A stretch of DNA of 64,000 bases from an uncultured delta proteobacterium (GTDB lineage Bacteria > Myxococcota > Kuafuiibacteriia > Kuafuiibacteriales > Kuafuiibacteriaceae). Both the position numbers and the translations under genes were made by a program. The notes beneath the pieces were generated by a model. The model searched no databases. It worked only from the letters and a program-made list of their open reading frames with translations, and was not told where the DNA came from. Shown here in pieces: positions 9,317 through 19,823 of this stretch. Position 1 is the stretch's first letter. Each line of letters opens with the position of its first letter. The DNA lies in the NCBI GenBank assembly GCA_963803435.1, contig CAWDML010000009.1, positions 448,001 through 512,000 of the forward strand, written 5' to 3'.

Positions 9317-11473
9317 TCAGCGGGGCTTGCGGCCCTCCTGGGGGTAGTGGGCCGGGACCTCGGCGTCGAGGCACTCGGGCTCGAGCGTGCGGGAGCCGTC
9401 GGTGCGGCCGGCCACCAGGCAGAGCGTGTGGACACCCGGGGTGAGCTTCGGCAGCGGCACGTAGCCGCAGCCGTCGTCGCGGTGGGGTTTGATCGCGCGG
9501 CCCTTCGTGGTCATGAGCGCGCGATAACGTTGCCACGCGGCGGCGTCGCCGGATGCGATCGGGCGGCCGTTCAACAGGCCGAAGTCGGCGTCGTAGTAGA
9601 TCGTGGCGAGCGGCGACTTCTTCCCTGAGGACATGGGCGGGTTGGCGCAGGCGAGGGCGACCATCGCGGCGCCGGGGCCGGCGGCGCCGAGCCGCTCGCG
9701 CACGCGATCGTCGATCGGGTTGATCAGGTACCAGGGGTCCATGTTCATCCACAGCCCGGTCTTGAACTCGGCGAGCTTGAACTCCCAGATCCAGAAGCGC
9801 GGCATGCGGAGCTCGACGTTGCCGCCGGCGGCGTCACGGTAGCGGACCTCGAACCGATAGGGGCCGGGAGTGACGGAGAGCTTCTGCAGCGTCAGCAGGA
9901 CCACGCAGCGCTGTCCGGTCGGGGAGCGGGTCGCCGGCTCGCACTCGAAGAACTTGTCCTCGTCGGGGATCTGAAAGCTCTGGCCGAAGGGCGCGTAGCC
10001 GCGGATCCCACCGCGCGCGAAGGGATCGGTCCCCGGGTTCACGTACCAGCCGTAGGCGCGGCCCGAGCGAACGGCGGCGCTCCGCTTGGGATCGTCGTCG
10101 CGGGCGAGCTTGGACTCCCACAGGCCGTCGTTCGGATACGGCTTGTCGCCGGGGGGCAGGGGCAGCTTGGTGAGCCGCACGTCGAGCGGGCCGGCCGGCC
10201 GCTCCGCGAGGAGAAGCTCGATCTCCCAGGCCGAGCTGGCACCGTCGCTCTTGCCGTCCGAGCCGCCGGCGATCATCTCCGCGAGCCAGCGGCTGGGCGG
10301 ATCGCGACCCTCCAGTCGCTCCCTCTTCAGGTTGCGCGCCAGCGAGAAGAAGGCCTCGGTGTCCACCAGCATCGGCTCGACGGCGCTGCGATTCCCGGGA
10401 TCGAGGAGGTACGAGGTCGCGCGCTCGAGCTCGACCGCCGCGGTGAGCGTGAACGCGCGGAGGCGCCGGCCGATCAGATCGATCGCCAGCACCGATCGAA
10501 ACGCCGGGTTCTCCGCCGACTCGGGCGCGGCCTGGAATGCACCGAGGTCGCCGGTCAGGTGCGCGCGCAGCGCCTGCTTGGAGGCAGCGTCGAGCCGCGC
10601 CTGGACGATCGCCGCCTGGCCGCGCTCGAGGGGGAGATCGGCGAACGCCGTCCACAGCTCGGCCCGCCGGGGCTCGAGCGCCAGCGCCGCGACCAGCGAC
10701 CGTTCGGCCTGGACCAGGTCCGAGTTGGCCCGGTGCGTCTTGAAGTTGTGGAGGTGATCGCGCCACGAGCTCGGGGCGAGGATCAGCCCACCGCTGCGCT
10801 CGAGCGTGCCGACGCGCTCCTCCAGCGCGTTGAGGCGATCCCGGGCGGCCCCGAACTCCGGATCGGCGCGTAGCGCCAGCGCCAGCTGGGAGCGCAGCGC
10901 CGCGCCGTCCCCGCGATCCTCGGCGTCGAGCGCGGCACCGAAGCGCGACATCGCCTCGAAGCTCTTGGTCCCGTGCTTCCCGATCTGCTTCTTGCCGATC
11001 GGGCTGAGCTTCGCGCCGAGCCCCGCCAGGACCTCGGCGGCGAGCGTCTTCTGCAGCTCGAAGATCCGCGCGCGCTCGCCCTCGACCTTGCCGGCGTAGA
11101 CGACCTCGCCCGTCTCGACGTCGATCGCGCGCACGTCCACCCGGAGCGCGGCGGCCTCCGCGAATACCTGGCCGGTCACGATCAGCTCGGCGCCCAGGCC
11201 CTTGCCCAGGCGGGCTGCGCCGCGCGGATCGAAGTACGGTGACTTCTCGAGCTCGACCTCGTGGAGGACCTCTTGAAGCCGAGCCCGCTCCACCAGGCGG
11301 ACGGCGTCGGCCGCGCTCAGATCCGTGATCAGCATCTGCGCCAGTCCCTTGCCGAGCGGCGCGAGCGCACCGTCGTTGGCGACGTCGAAGTCCGCCACCG
11401 CCACCACCACGGAGTCGTCGGCTCGCGCGCTCGGAGCCGCGAGCACCAGCAGAGCCACCAACACCGTTCTCAC
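9317..11473 (-). CDS. Secreted protein with CsgG/TolB-N-like domain, TPR-like helices and unknown C-terminus
   Basis: Signal peptide; VAVADF..MLITDL..LVERARLQEVLHE..RLGKGLGAELIVTG..IDVETGEV is typical of CsgG/HfaB/FlgO-like domains. Confidence 0.7.
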   Translation of the reverse strand: MRTVLVALLVLAAPSARADDSVVVAVADFDVANDGALAPLGKGLAQMLITDLSAADAVRLVERARLQEVLHEVELEKSPYFDPRGAARLGKGLGAELIVTGQVFAEAAALRVDVRAIDVETGEVVYAGKVEGERARIFELQKTLAAEVLAGLGAKLSPIGKKQIGKHGTKSFEAMSRFGAALDAEDRGDGAALRSQLALALRADPEFGAARDRLNALEERVGTLERSGGLILAPSSWRDHLHNFKTHRANSDLVQAERSLVAALALEPRRAELWTAFADLPLERGQAAIVQARLDAASKQALRAHLTGDLGAFQAAPESAENPAFRSVLAIDLIGRRLRAFTLTAAVELERATSYLLDPGNRSAVEPMLVDTEAFFSLARNLKRERLEGRDPPSRWLAEMIAGGSDGKSDGASSAWEIELLLAERPAGPLDVRLTKLPLPPGDKPYPNDGLWESKLARDDDPKRSAAVRSGRAYGWYVNPGTDPFARGGIRGYAPFGQSFQIPDEDKFFECEPATRSPTGQRCVVLLTLQKLSVTPGPYRFEVRYRDAAGGNVELRMPRFWIWEFKLAEFKTGLWMNMDPWYLINPIDDRVRERLGAAGPGAAMVALACANPPMSSGKKSPLATIYYDADFGLLNGRPIASGDAAAWQRYRALMTTKGRAIKPHRDDGCGYVPLPKLTPGVHTLCLVAGRTDGSRTLEPECLDAEVPAHYPQEGRKPR

Positions 11474-11534
11474 CGCATCATCATACGCTGCGGAGGCGCT
11501 TCCCTGCCCTCGCCGTGCTATATGAGCCGATGCG

Positions 11535-12494
11535 ATGGCGAGCGCCGCCCAGAGGAGGTTGATCGACGCGTCGCACCGGATCGTCGAGCTGTTGGCGCCC
11601 GACTTCTGGGCGCTCGGATCGCTGAGCGACAGCCTGTCACCGATCGCGGAGCTGGCGCTCCCCAGCGAGCATCACGACCTCCTGAAGAACGCCGCCCGGA
11701 TCGCGCGGGTGGTGGTCGATCCGCCCGCGCCCGAGGTGCCGCCGCAGGATCGATCGCTGGTCCGCCTCCGCCCCATCCCCTCGTCGCCCCCCGACGCCTG
11801 CGCGATCGGCGCCGAGCACACGAGCCTGGGTTGGGAGCCCGTCTTCATCTGCGACCGTCCCGAGGGCCAGGTCGGACACTTACAGCGAGAGATGCTCAAG
11901 TGCTGGGCGACCGTGCTCTCACCCCGCCTGGCGCGGCCGCGCACCATGGTACGCTCGTTGGGGCCATGGGGACCGGCGCTGACGGTCGCGTTCGATCGGA
12001 TCACCGGCCTCAGCCTCGATCGGCTGGCGCCGATGTCGCCGCCGATGGCGCTCGGAATCTTGGCCGAGGCGCGGATCGGCCTGGACGCGCTCCACGCCCA
12101 GGGAATGACGCATGGAAGCCTCAAAACGAAACGGGTGCGCATCACACCCGCCGGCCGTCCCGTCCTCTGTTACGGGCTGGACGCCGCCCGGACCACCGTC
12201 TATGAGGACCACGCGGCCCTGGCCCAGATCGTCCTTTCGACCGCCTTTGATGATCCCCTCCTGCTCGAGATCCTGGCGGGCCGGGACGAAGGCGCCTGCA
12301 CCGTCGCCTGTGACCGGGTCGTTCAAATGGCGCCGAGCCTCGACGATCTGGCGGTCGGAGCGCTCCGGCAGGACGGCTCGCCGGATCTGATCCCGGGAGC
12401 GCTGGCGCGGCTGCTCGATCCCGACGAGCCGGCGGCCCGGCTCGCCGAAGTGCTCGAGGCGGTCGGAAGCTATCGGTTCGACGGAGCTCGATGA
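11535..12494 (+). CDS. Degenerate protein-kinase-like protein (pseudokinase candidate)
   Basis: GLDALHAQGMTHGSLKTKRVRITPAGRPVL resembles kinase subdomains VIa-VII but lacks the catalytic HRD Asp and DFG. Confidence 0.5.
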   Translation: MASAAQRRLIDASHRIVELLAPDFWALGSLSDSLSPIAELALPSEHHDLLKNAARIARVVVDPPAPEVPPQDRSLVRLRPIPSSPPDACAIGAEHTSLGWEPVFICDRPEGQVGHLQREMLKCWATVLSPRLARPRTMVRSLGPWGPALTVAFDRITGLSLDRLAPMSPPMALGILAEARIGLDALHAQGMTHGSLKTKRVRITPAGRPVLCYGLDAARTTVYEDHAALAQIVLSTAFDDPLLLEILAGRDEGACTVACDRVVQMAPSLDDLAVGALRQDGSPDLIPGALARLLDPDEPAARLAEVLEAVGSYRFDGAR

Positions 12495-12512
12495 TAGCCT
12501 CGATCCCGAACG

Positions 12513-12983
12513 ATGGACCTCGACACCCACCAACTCCCTGACGGGACCCAGATCTCCCTCCGGGGACCCGTCGACGAGGAGGCGGACTTCGTGCCCGTAC
12601 TGACGCAAATCAATCGCGGGGGGCGCTTTGTCCTCGACCTCGCGGGGGTCTCACACATCAACTCGTCCGGGGTCCGGGAGTGGATTCGATTCGTCCGCGG
12701 GATCCGAGGGGGCGGACCGGTGGAGCTGACCAACTGTCCGCCGCAGTTCATCGATCAGGTCAACATGCTCAACAACTTCCTCGGATCGACGACCGTGCAG
12801 AGCCTGGTGGTCCCCTTCGTCTGCATCGGTTGCGGTGAGACGCTCGAACAGACCGCGAGGTCTGACACCCTGGTCTCGCGTGATCCCGAGCCTCCGCGAT
12901 GCGAGCGCTGCGGCGCGACCATGGAGCTCGACGCCATCGCCGACGTCTACTTCGCGTTCCTGCGCGAGCCTCGACACCCATGA
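12513..12983 (+). CDS. STAS (anti-anti-sigma) domain protein with C-terminal zinc ribbon
   Basis: LRGPVDE, LDLAGVSHINSSGV STAS motif with the phosphorylatable Ser; CIGC...CERC. Confidence 0.8.
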   Translation: MDLDTHQLPDGTQISLRGPVDEEADFVPVLTQINRGGRFVLDLAGVSHINSSGVREWIRFVRGIRGGGPVELTNCPPQFIDQVNMLNNFLGSTTVQSLVVPFVCIGCGETLEQTARSDTLVSRDPEPPRCERCGATMELDAIADVYFAFLREPRHP

Positions 12984-15123
12984 GCGAGGTCGAGATGCGG
13001 ACAGCGGCCGGCTTCGTCGCCGGGTTGTACGATGCCGCGGCGTTGCTCGACCGGGAGCTGATCATACTCGCCGCCAATCCCGCGTTCGGACCGCTGGCAG
13101 GGCTTCGCTCCCATGCGCTGCTCGCTCAGATCGAGCGGCGGATCCCCTTCGACGTCCTGCTGGCCGTCGGCGACCCCACCGTGCGCGCGAGCGCCGAGCT
13201 CTGCGTCGCCACCGGTCGCGCGCAGCACCTGGCCGAGAAGGAGGTTCAGAACAAGGCGGGAGATCGCTTCGTCACCTGGATCAGCTTCGTGCCGGTGGTC
13301 GACGAGGAGGAGCGCGTCGTCGGCGTCGTCGAGATCGTCCGCGATGTCACCGGCGAGTCCGCAACGCACGTCCGACTCCGTCAGATGGCTGCGCTGGCCC
13401 AGGCGCGCGCCGACGAGCTCGAGCGGGCGGTCGAGCATCGCACGCGCGAGCTTCACGCGGCGCTCGACGAGGTCACGCGGCTGTCGCGCATCGACCCGCT
13501 GACGGGGCTGTTGAATCGACGGGCGTTTACCGAGGGCGCGACCCAGGTGCTCTCGCTCGGGCGCCGCCATCACCGAAACGCCGGCCTGCTGATGTGCGAT
13601 CTTCGACCACTTCAAGCGCTTGAACGACACGCACGGCCACCAGGCGGGCGATGCGGTGCTGGTCGCGGTCGCCGACGCGCTGCGCGCTTCCGTTCGAGAC
13701 AGCGACGTCGTGGGTCGCTTCGGAGGCGAGGAGCTGGTCATCCTGCTCTCGGAGACCGCCGAGGCCTCGGTCAAGGACGTCGCCGATCGATGCCTCCGGG
13801 CGGTGCGCAACATTCCGATCGTCGAGCTGGTCCCGCGGATGAGCCGGGCCCCGACGCTCAGCATCGGCGCCGCCATCTTCCCCGACCACGGCGAGACGCT
13901 CGACGAGCTGGTCAGCGCCGCCGACGTCGCGCTCTACGAAGCCAAGGGCAGCGGCCGCGATCGCGCGGTGCTCTTCCAGCCCTCGATGGAGATCCTCCCC
14001 ACCGAGGATCTGCGCTCGGCCAAGACGAGGGTCCTGGCGGTGGTACGCCAAGACCGGCTCGAGCAGACCGAGCGCGTGCTGGCGCCCTCGTTCGATCTGG
14101 TGGCGACCTCATGGCCCGAGCGCGGGCTCGAGCTCGCCGCCAAGAACATGTTCGACGTGCTGGTCGCCGACGGAGATCTGGGCGCGACCTCGGGCGTCGA
14201 CTTTCTGCGCGACACGCCCTCGACGGCCGCGAGCTCGGTCCGCCTGCTGCTGGTGAAGAGCCCCGAAGCCTTTCACGAGGCGCGCGCGGCCTCGGCGCGG
14301 GTCGACTGGTTCCTCCTCGAGAGCGAGGCCCCGCGTCACCTCCGGGACGCGATCAAGGACGCGCTGGCGCTCCGGGAGGTCGAGCGCGGCCTCCTCGGCA
14401 AGAACCTGTCGGGACCTCGGCACCGCCGCTCCGCGGATCAGAATCCGCCAGCAACTGCAGGACGGATCGCTCTCTTTCGTCTTTCGGCCGATCGTCGATC
14501 GCGAGCGTCAGCTGTTCGCGTACGAGCTGCTTTGCCGTCCGCCCGAGGAGGAGGTTCGCCTCACGCCCAGCGAGCTCTTCGAGGGTGCCGCGCGCACCGG
14601 CGACATCTGGCGCGTCGGGCGTCTCACGCGCGAGGGCATCGCGGCCGAGATCGAGCGCATCGCGCAGGGCAAGCTGGTCTTCGTGAATCTCCATCCGGCA
14701 GAGATCCGCGATCCGGAGCTGGTCGCCGGGCGCGACCACCTGGTCCGCGTGCTCGATCGCGTGGTGTTCGACATCCGGGAGAGCGCAGGCGCCAACTTCG
14801 CCCAGATCAACGGAGACCTCGAGGCGCTGCGTAGGCTCGGGTTCCAGATCTCGATCGACGACATCGGTCCCGGCTACCGCAGCCTCAGCAGCGTGGTGCT
14901 CCTCCAGCCCAGCTTCCTCAAGCTGCCCGGGGTGCTCACCCGCGAGCTTCGCGAGTCGAAGGGTCGCCTGGATCTCATCCGGCGCGCCATCGACATCGCG
15001 CACACGGTCGAAGCGAAGGTGATCGCGACGGAGCTCGAGTCCGAGTCCGACGCCGAGCTCTGCGAGATCGCGGGCTGCGATCTGTTCACCGGCTATCTGT
15101 TCGGGGAGCCGAGCGTCGCGTAG
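12980..15123 (+). CDS. PAS-GGDEF-REC-EAL c-di-GMP enzyme, split by two apparent frameshifts (~13602, ~14410-14440)
   Basis: PAS (NPAF..), DPLTGLLNRR, D(L)DHFK broken by one extra T, RDSD I-site plus GGEEL, receiver-like segment, then YELLCR, VNL, DDIGPGY. Confidence 0.85.
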
Positions 15124-15400
15124 TTCGTCAGACGAGTCGACAGCTCGCAGCTCGCAGCCGTCACGAGGGCCGGACAGATCGAGTCGATCCACCCGTACGC
15201 GCGCACGTAGGTGGCGGTGCTTCCGACGTTCGTCAGCTGCGCGCTGGTGAAGTTCGGGTCCGAGCGGAGCGCGCAGGGATCCGCGGTGCTGAGCGCGTCG
15301 GTCTCGACCGCTTCTCGGCACTGGCGCCGTCTTCCGGACCGCCGCAGGCCACCAGGCTGGAGGTGAGAATCACGAAACAGAAACTCGACGAGGCTTTCAT
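15093..15400 (-). CDS. Small lipoprotein, apparently frameshifted near 15310
   Basis: AAGGAG RBS, ATG 15400, MKASSSFCFVILTSSLVAC-GG lipobox; Cys-containing continuation in the frame of ORF 15093..15446. Confidence 0.45.
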
Positions 15401-15554
15401 GGTTTGGACTCCTTCTTCGCTTGAGCGATGCGGGGGACGATTCCACGCCGCGTGCCGCCGCCCCGCGGCTGTTTGCGTCTCGCGTTTCGGTGTCCAGGCC
15501 CGGCGCCGTGACTGTCAGCTCGCCTTTCGACAGTCACTCGGCTAGGCCGTGAGA

Positions 15555-17675
15555 ATGCGTGCTCGCTCGGCAGTCCTGCTCCTCGTCCCCGCGCTCGCCC
15601 TGGTAGCCTGCAGCGACGGAGGCACCGACGATCTCGACGCCTCTGCCGGACGGGACGCCTCGGGCTCCGACACCGGCGGGAGGGACGCCGCGGTCGCCGA
15701 CGCGTCCCCAGCCGACGCGACGCCCAGGGACGCGGCCCTCGACGCCGGGACGGACGCCGGCACGGACGGGGGCACGTCACGACCCGAGGACTGCGATCCT
15801 CTCCAGCCGGAGCTCTGCAGCCTGCCGTGGCCCTCGAACCTGTACCTCGCGCCCGACGCAGCCCGCGCCACCGGATACACGCTCACGTTCGGACCGACCA
15901 CGCTGCCGGCCAACCGATCCGGCGCGCACGTCGATCCGCTGCCCTACCAACGCATGGACGGCTACGGGCTGGGGGCGCCGATCATGGTGCTCTTCCCGGA
16001 TCTCGACTTCGGAGCGAGCGGCCTCAGCGATGAGACCAACATCGCAGGCTCGCTCGAGCCGAACGCGCCGATCCTCCTGTACCGCGTTGCCGGCACCGGG
16101 CTCTCGCGCGTCCCCTACTACGCGGAGCTCGACAGCTCGGAGGCGGATCCCGCGCGGCGGATCCTGTTCGTCCGGCCGGCCGTGATCCTCGAGGAGGCGT
16201 CCCGATATGTGGTGGCGATCCGCAACCTCCAGGACGGAAGCGGTACCGTCTATCCCCCGAGCGAGGCCTTCCGCGCGCTGCGCGCGTCGACGACCGCCGG
16301 CGACCCGCTGCTGGCGCCTCGCCAGGCCCGCTTCGACGAGCTTCTCGGCTTCCTCAGTGGCGCCGGCGTGGATCCCGATTCGCTCCAGCTCGCCTGGGAC
16401 TTCGTGACCGCGTCCCCTGCGGCGCTCCACGGGCGGCTGCTCGCCATGCGAGATGACGCCCTCCAGCGCACCGGCGAAATGGGACCCGCCCTCACCATCA
16501 CGAGCACCACCGAGTACGTCCCCACCGACGACGGCTCGGGCCGGCCGATCGATCCGGACCTCTGGTACCGCGTCGAGGGCACGATGACCGTCCCGAGCTA
16601 TCTCCGCGTCAAGAGCATCAACTTCACCTCGCACACGGTGCTCAACCTGGACGCGGACGGAGTGCCGCAGGTCAACGGCACGCGCTCGGCGCGCTTCTGG
16701 ATCAACGTGCCGCGTTCGGTGGCCAGCTCCACGATCAGCCACGGCCTCTTGATCTACGGCCACGGACTGCTGGGCTCGGGCGATCAAGCGCTCTCGGGTT
16801 ACAACCGCAGGATCGCGAACCAGTATCACTACCTCTACTGCGGCGCGAACCTGACCGGCTTCTCCGAGGACGACACGCTCACCACGGCGTCCGCCGTTCT
16901 CGACATGTCCGGCTTCGAGTGGATCGCGGACACCACCCACCAGGGCTTGATCGAATACTTGCTCCTGGCGCGCGCGATGCGGGCGCGGTTCCCGTCGTTG
17001 CCGTTCTTTCAGCGGATCGGCGCCAACATCGATCCGAGCCGTCTCTACTACGAAGGGATCTCACAGGGCGGGATCTTCGGCGCTACGGTGCTCGCGATGT
17101 CGACCGACTTCACGCGCGGACACCTGGGCGTTCCCGGTCTCAACTACAGCACGCTGCTTTATCGCTCGGTCGACTTCGCGCCGTTCTTCGAGATGATGGC
17201 GCAATCGTACACGGACAGCCGCGATCGGGCGGTGCTGCTGGCGGCGGCCCAGCTCTTGTGGGACGGCACCGATCCGGTGAGCTACTACCGACACCTGGCG
17301 CAGGATCCGCTCCCGGGCACGCCCGCCCACGAGGTCCTCCTCGGTCCGGCCAAGGGCGACTGGCAGGTCGCGGGCATCACGGTCGAGATGCTGGCCCGGA
17401 CGGACGTCGGCATTCCGCTGATGGAGCCGTACGACGACGAGCGGACGCCCTACGGGATCGTTCAGCAGCCGTATCCGCGAGCGGGATCGGGCATCGTGCT
17501 CTTCGACTTCGGGAACCCGTGGCCGGAGCCGGGCAACCACCCGCCGATGGACGACGTCGGTGACCCCCACGGCTCGCCGCGTAACCTCCCGGCCCACAAT
17601 GCGCAGATGGACCACTTCCTCCGCACCGGCGAGATCATCGACGTGTGTGGCGGGGACGGGTGCCACCCCGACTGA
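15555..17675 (+). CDS. Lipoprotein alpha/beta hydrolase (lipase-like) with N-terminal Ig-like region
   Basis: LVAC lipobox, DAG-rich linker, PWPSN..DGYG motif, YGHGLLG, nucleophile GISQG, C-terminal DPH. Confidence 0.75.
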   Translation: MRARSAVLLLVPALALVACSDGGTDDLDASAGRDASGSDTGGRDAAVADASPADATPRDAALDAGTDAGTDGGTSRPEDCDPLQPELCSLPWPSNLYLAPDAARATGYTLTFGPTTLPANRSGAHVDPLPYQRMDGYGLGAPIMVLFPDLDFGASGLSDETNIAGSLEPNAPILLYRVAGTGLSRVPYYAELDSSEADPARRILFVRPAVILEEASRYVVAIRNLQDGSGTVYPPSEAFRALRASTTAGDPLLAPRQARFDELLGFLSGAGVDPDSLQLAWDFVTASPAALHGRLLAMRDDALQRTGEMGPALTITSTTEYVPTDDGSGRPIDPDLWYRVEGTMTVPSYLRVKSINFTSHTVLNLDADGVPQVNGTRSARFWINVPRSVASSTISHGLLIYGHGLLGSGDQALSGYNRRIANQYHYLYCGANLTGFSEDDTLTTASAVLDMSGFEWIADTTHQGLIEYLLLARAMRARFPSLPFFQRIGANIDPSRLYYEGISQGGIFGATVLAMSTDFTRGHLGVPGLNYSTLLYRSVDFAPFFEMMAQSYTDSRDRAVLLAAAQLLWDGTDPVSYYRHLAQDPLPGTPAHEVLLGPAKGDWQVAGITVEMLARTDVGIPLMEPYDDERTPYGIVQQPYPRAGSGIVLFDFGNPWPEPGNHPPMDDVGDPHGSPRNLPAHNAQMDHFLRTGEIIDVCGGDGCHPD

Positions 17676-17838
17676 GCATCTGCGGCGGGACGCCCGCCAC
17701 GGGACTCGCGGCACGACCTGCACCCCATGTCGACGGATCCGTGGGGGCGCCGACGCACGTCGACGGCACGGCGGACACGGACTTCTTCGACACGGGGATC
17801 ACGGGCGACGGCACGGGCTGCGCCGGGCCGTAGGGACG

Positions 17839-18525
17839 TCAGCGCTCCAGCGTCATGGCTGCGAGCTCGAGGCTCACGATCAGATCGGTGATCCGATCGC
17901 GCTCCGCGCGCGCCATGTCGAGCGCCTGCTGAACGGCGGCGGTGGCGACGTCGGTGGGGCCGGTGACCATCGAACCCCAATGGGCCGCGATCAGCCGCGC
18001 CTGGGTGTTGAAGCCGAGCTGCTCGAGGATCAGCTGGCTGTGGAACTTGACGGTGCGGACCGCAATGCCGAGCTTCTTCGCAATCTCGGCGTGCGACCGG
18101 CCTTGCACGAGGAGATCGTAGACCTCCTTGACGCGCGCGGTCTGGAGGTCGTCGCGAAATCCCGTCGGGTTGGAGGTCGTGATCGCGCGTCCGTGGGCGG
18201 CCAGGAGCTCGGTGCGCTTGGTGAACCCCGTCGCGCGTAGGATGCCGCCGATGTGAAACTTGACGGTGCGGGCCGTGATTCGGAGCTGCTTCGCGATCTC
18301 CTCGTTCGACATGCCCTGGATCAGGCGGTCATAGACTTCGATCTGTTGGGAGGAGCTCAGCTTGGAACAAGGCGTCGTCCGGGGCACCGGCGGAGAATAG
18401 GGGTCAGGAGTGCGCCGTGCAAGTTGTCTTGACAGCTGATCCTCGGGCCGTGGGCGCACTCCCTTCACCATACCGCCGCGAATGCCGCAACTCGTCGCTC
18501 GCAGCGATTCGCCACGGCCCATCAC
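17839..18525 (-). CDS. Regulator with two tandem LuxR-type HTH domains (start uncertain, possibly 18471 or 18387)
   Basis: GMSNEEIAKQLRITARTVKFH and GRSHAEIAKKLGIAVRTVKFH. Confidence 0.8.
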   Translation of the reverse strand: MMGRGESLRATSCGIRGGMVKGVRPRPEDQLSRQLARRTPDPYSPPVPRTTPCSKLSSSQQIEVYDRLIQGMSNEEIAKQLRITARTVKFHIGGILRATGFTKRTELLAAHGRAITTSNPTGFRDDLQTARVKEVYDLLVQGRSHAEIAKKLGIAVRTVKFHSQLILEQLGFNTQARLIAAHWGSMVTGPTDVATAAVQQALDMARAERDRITDLIVSLELAAMTLER

Positions 18526-18603
18526 GGCAAGCTGAGTTGCGGGATGGCATCGCCGTTGCTCTCAACAGGAGCGACCGCGAGAGCGGTAGGAGGTAGATGA
18601 AAG

Positions 18604-19215
18604 ATGATTCGAATCACGCGCGCAACGACGTTCGTGGCGCTGGTGGCGGGTCTGGGCGCCCTCGGGTATTCGGTCGAGGTCCGCGCCCAAGAGGATCCCA
18701 CCAACCCACCGACCGGGACGAACCCGACGATGCAGCCGCAGCATGCGGAAGGGGCGAAGGCGTCGCTCACCAAGCAGGACAGCGGCTTTCTGCGGGACGC
18801 AGCCGAGGGTGGGATGTTCGAGGTGCAGCTGGCCCAAGTCGTTCAGGAGAAGGCGACGAACCCCCAGGTGAAGGAGCTGGCCCAGCGGATCGCCGAGGAC
18901 CATACCAAGGCGAACGATCAGCTGACCTCGATCGCACAGCAGATCGGGGCGGAGGTCCCTCAGACCGTGAGCAAGGCGGATCAGAAGCGGATCGACTCGT
19001 TCGGCAAGATGGACCCGAGCAAGCTGGACAGCGAGTACGTGAAGCTCATGATCGATGACCATCAGAAGGACATCAAAGCCTTCACGAACGAGGTGAATAA
19101 GGGGAAGAACGAGTCGCTGACCTCGTTTGCCTCCCAGACGCTGCCGACGCTGAAGACGCACCTCCAGATGGCGCAGGATGCCCAGAAGTCGCTGAAGCCG
19201 GCGGCCCGGATGTAG
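18604..19215 (+). CDS. DUF4142 family secreted protein
   Basis: AGGAGG RBS, signal peptide, FLRDAAEGGMFEVQLAQ, EDHTKAN, DDHQKDI, TLPTLKTHLQMA. Confidence 0.85.
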   Translation: MIRITRATTFVALVAGLGALGYSVEVRAQEDPTNPPTGTNPTMQPQHAEGAKASLTKQDSGFLRDAAEGGMFEVQLAQVVQEKATNPQVKELAQRIAEDHTKANDQLTSIAQQIGAEVPQTVSKADQKRIDSFGKMDPSKLDSEYVKLMIDDHQKDIKAFTNEVNKGKNESLTSFASQTLPTLKTHLQMAQDAQKSLKPAARM

Positions 19216-19219
19216 CCTC

Positions 19220-19823
19220 TCAAGGCTTTGCCGGGAGCAGGCGTGCGACGCCGGCGAGCAGGTCGATGCGCGCGTCCTCGATTCTCGGGTCTCTCGAGAA
19301 CGAATCGGTGCACGACCTCGCCGTCGAACATGGTGATCACGGTATCCACCACCAGACCGAAGTGATCCCCCAGCCCGTCCGCCAGTTCCGGGAGGAGCTG
19401 GCGGGCGAGCTGTTCGATGTCGTCGTAGTAGCGGACGGCCACCGGCTGGAGGGCCGCCAGCAGGCCCGGGTTGGTCCGCGCGGCCACGGCCAGCTCGTAC
19501 CAGGCTTGATTGAGGCGCGAGCGGCACTGGTCGCGGACCAGCCGGAGGGCGAAGGCCAGCCGATCCTCGTGCTCGTCCGCCCGCCTGAAGTCCTCGCGAT
19601 ACTGGTCGAGGAGCTTCGCCCCCACGTCCTCCACCACCGCGACCATGAGGGCCTCGCGCGAGGCGAAGTGCCTGAAGAGGCCGCCCTGGGATACCTGGGC
19701 GCGCTGGCAGACCGCCTGCACCGTGGCGCCGGCGTAGCCGACCTCGATCAAGGTCTCGGTCGCGGCGTCGAGGAGCTTGCGGATGGTACCGGCGCGGCGC
19801 TCCTCCTGGGTTCGCCGCGCCAT
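19220..19823 (-). CDS. TetR family regulator (apparent one-base insertion near 19283)
   Basis: N-terminal HTH (LLDAATETLIEVGY..VSQGGLFRHF); removing one base restores ..PEIEDARIDLLAG..KP* with stop at 19220. Confidence 0.85.

Noticed and set aside
17676-17833. Coding-like fragment (HVDGSVGAPTHVDGTADTDFFDTG..)
   Set aside because: No credible start or RBS; possibly a gene remnant, too short to call.
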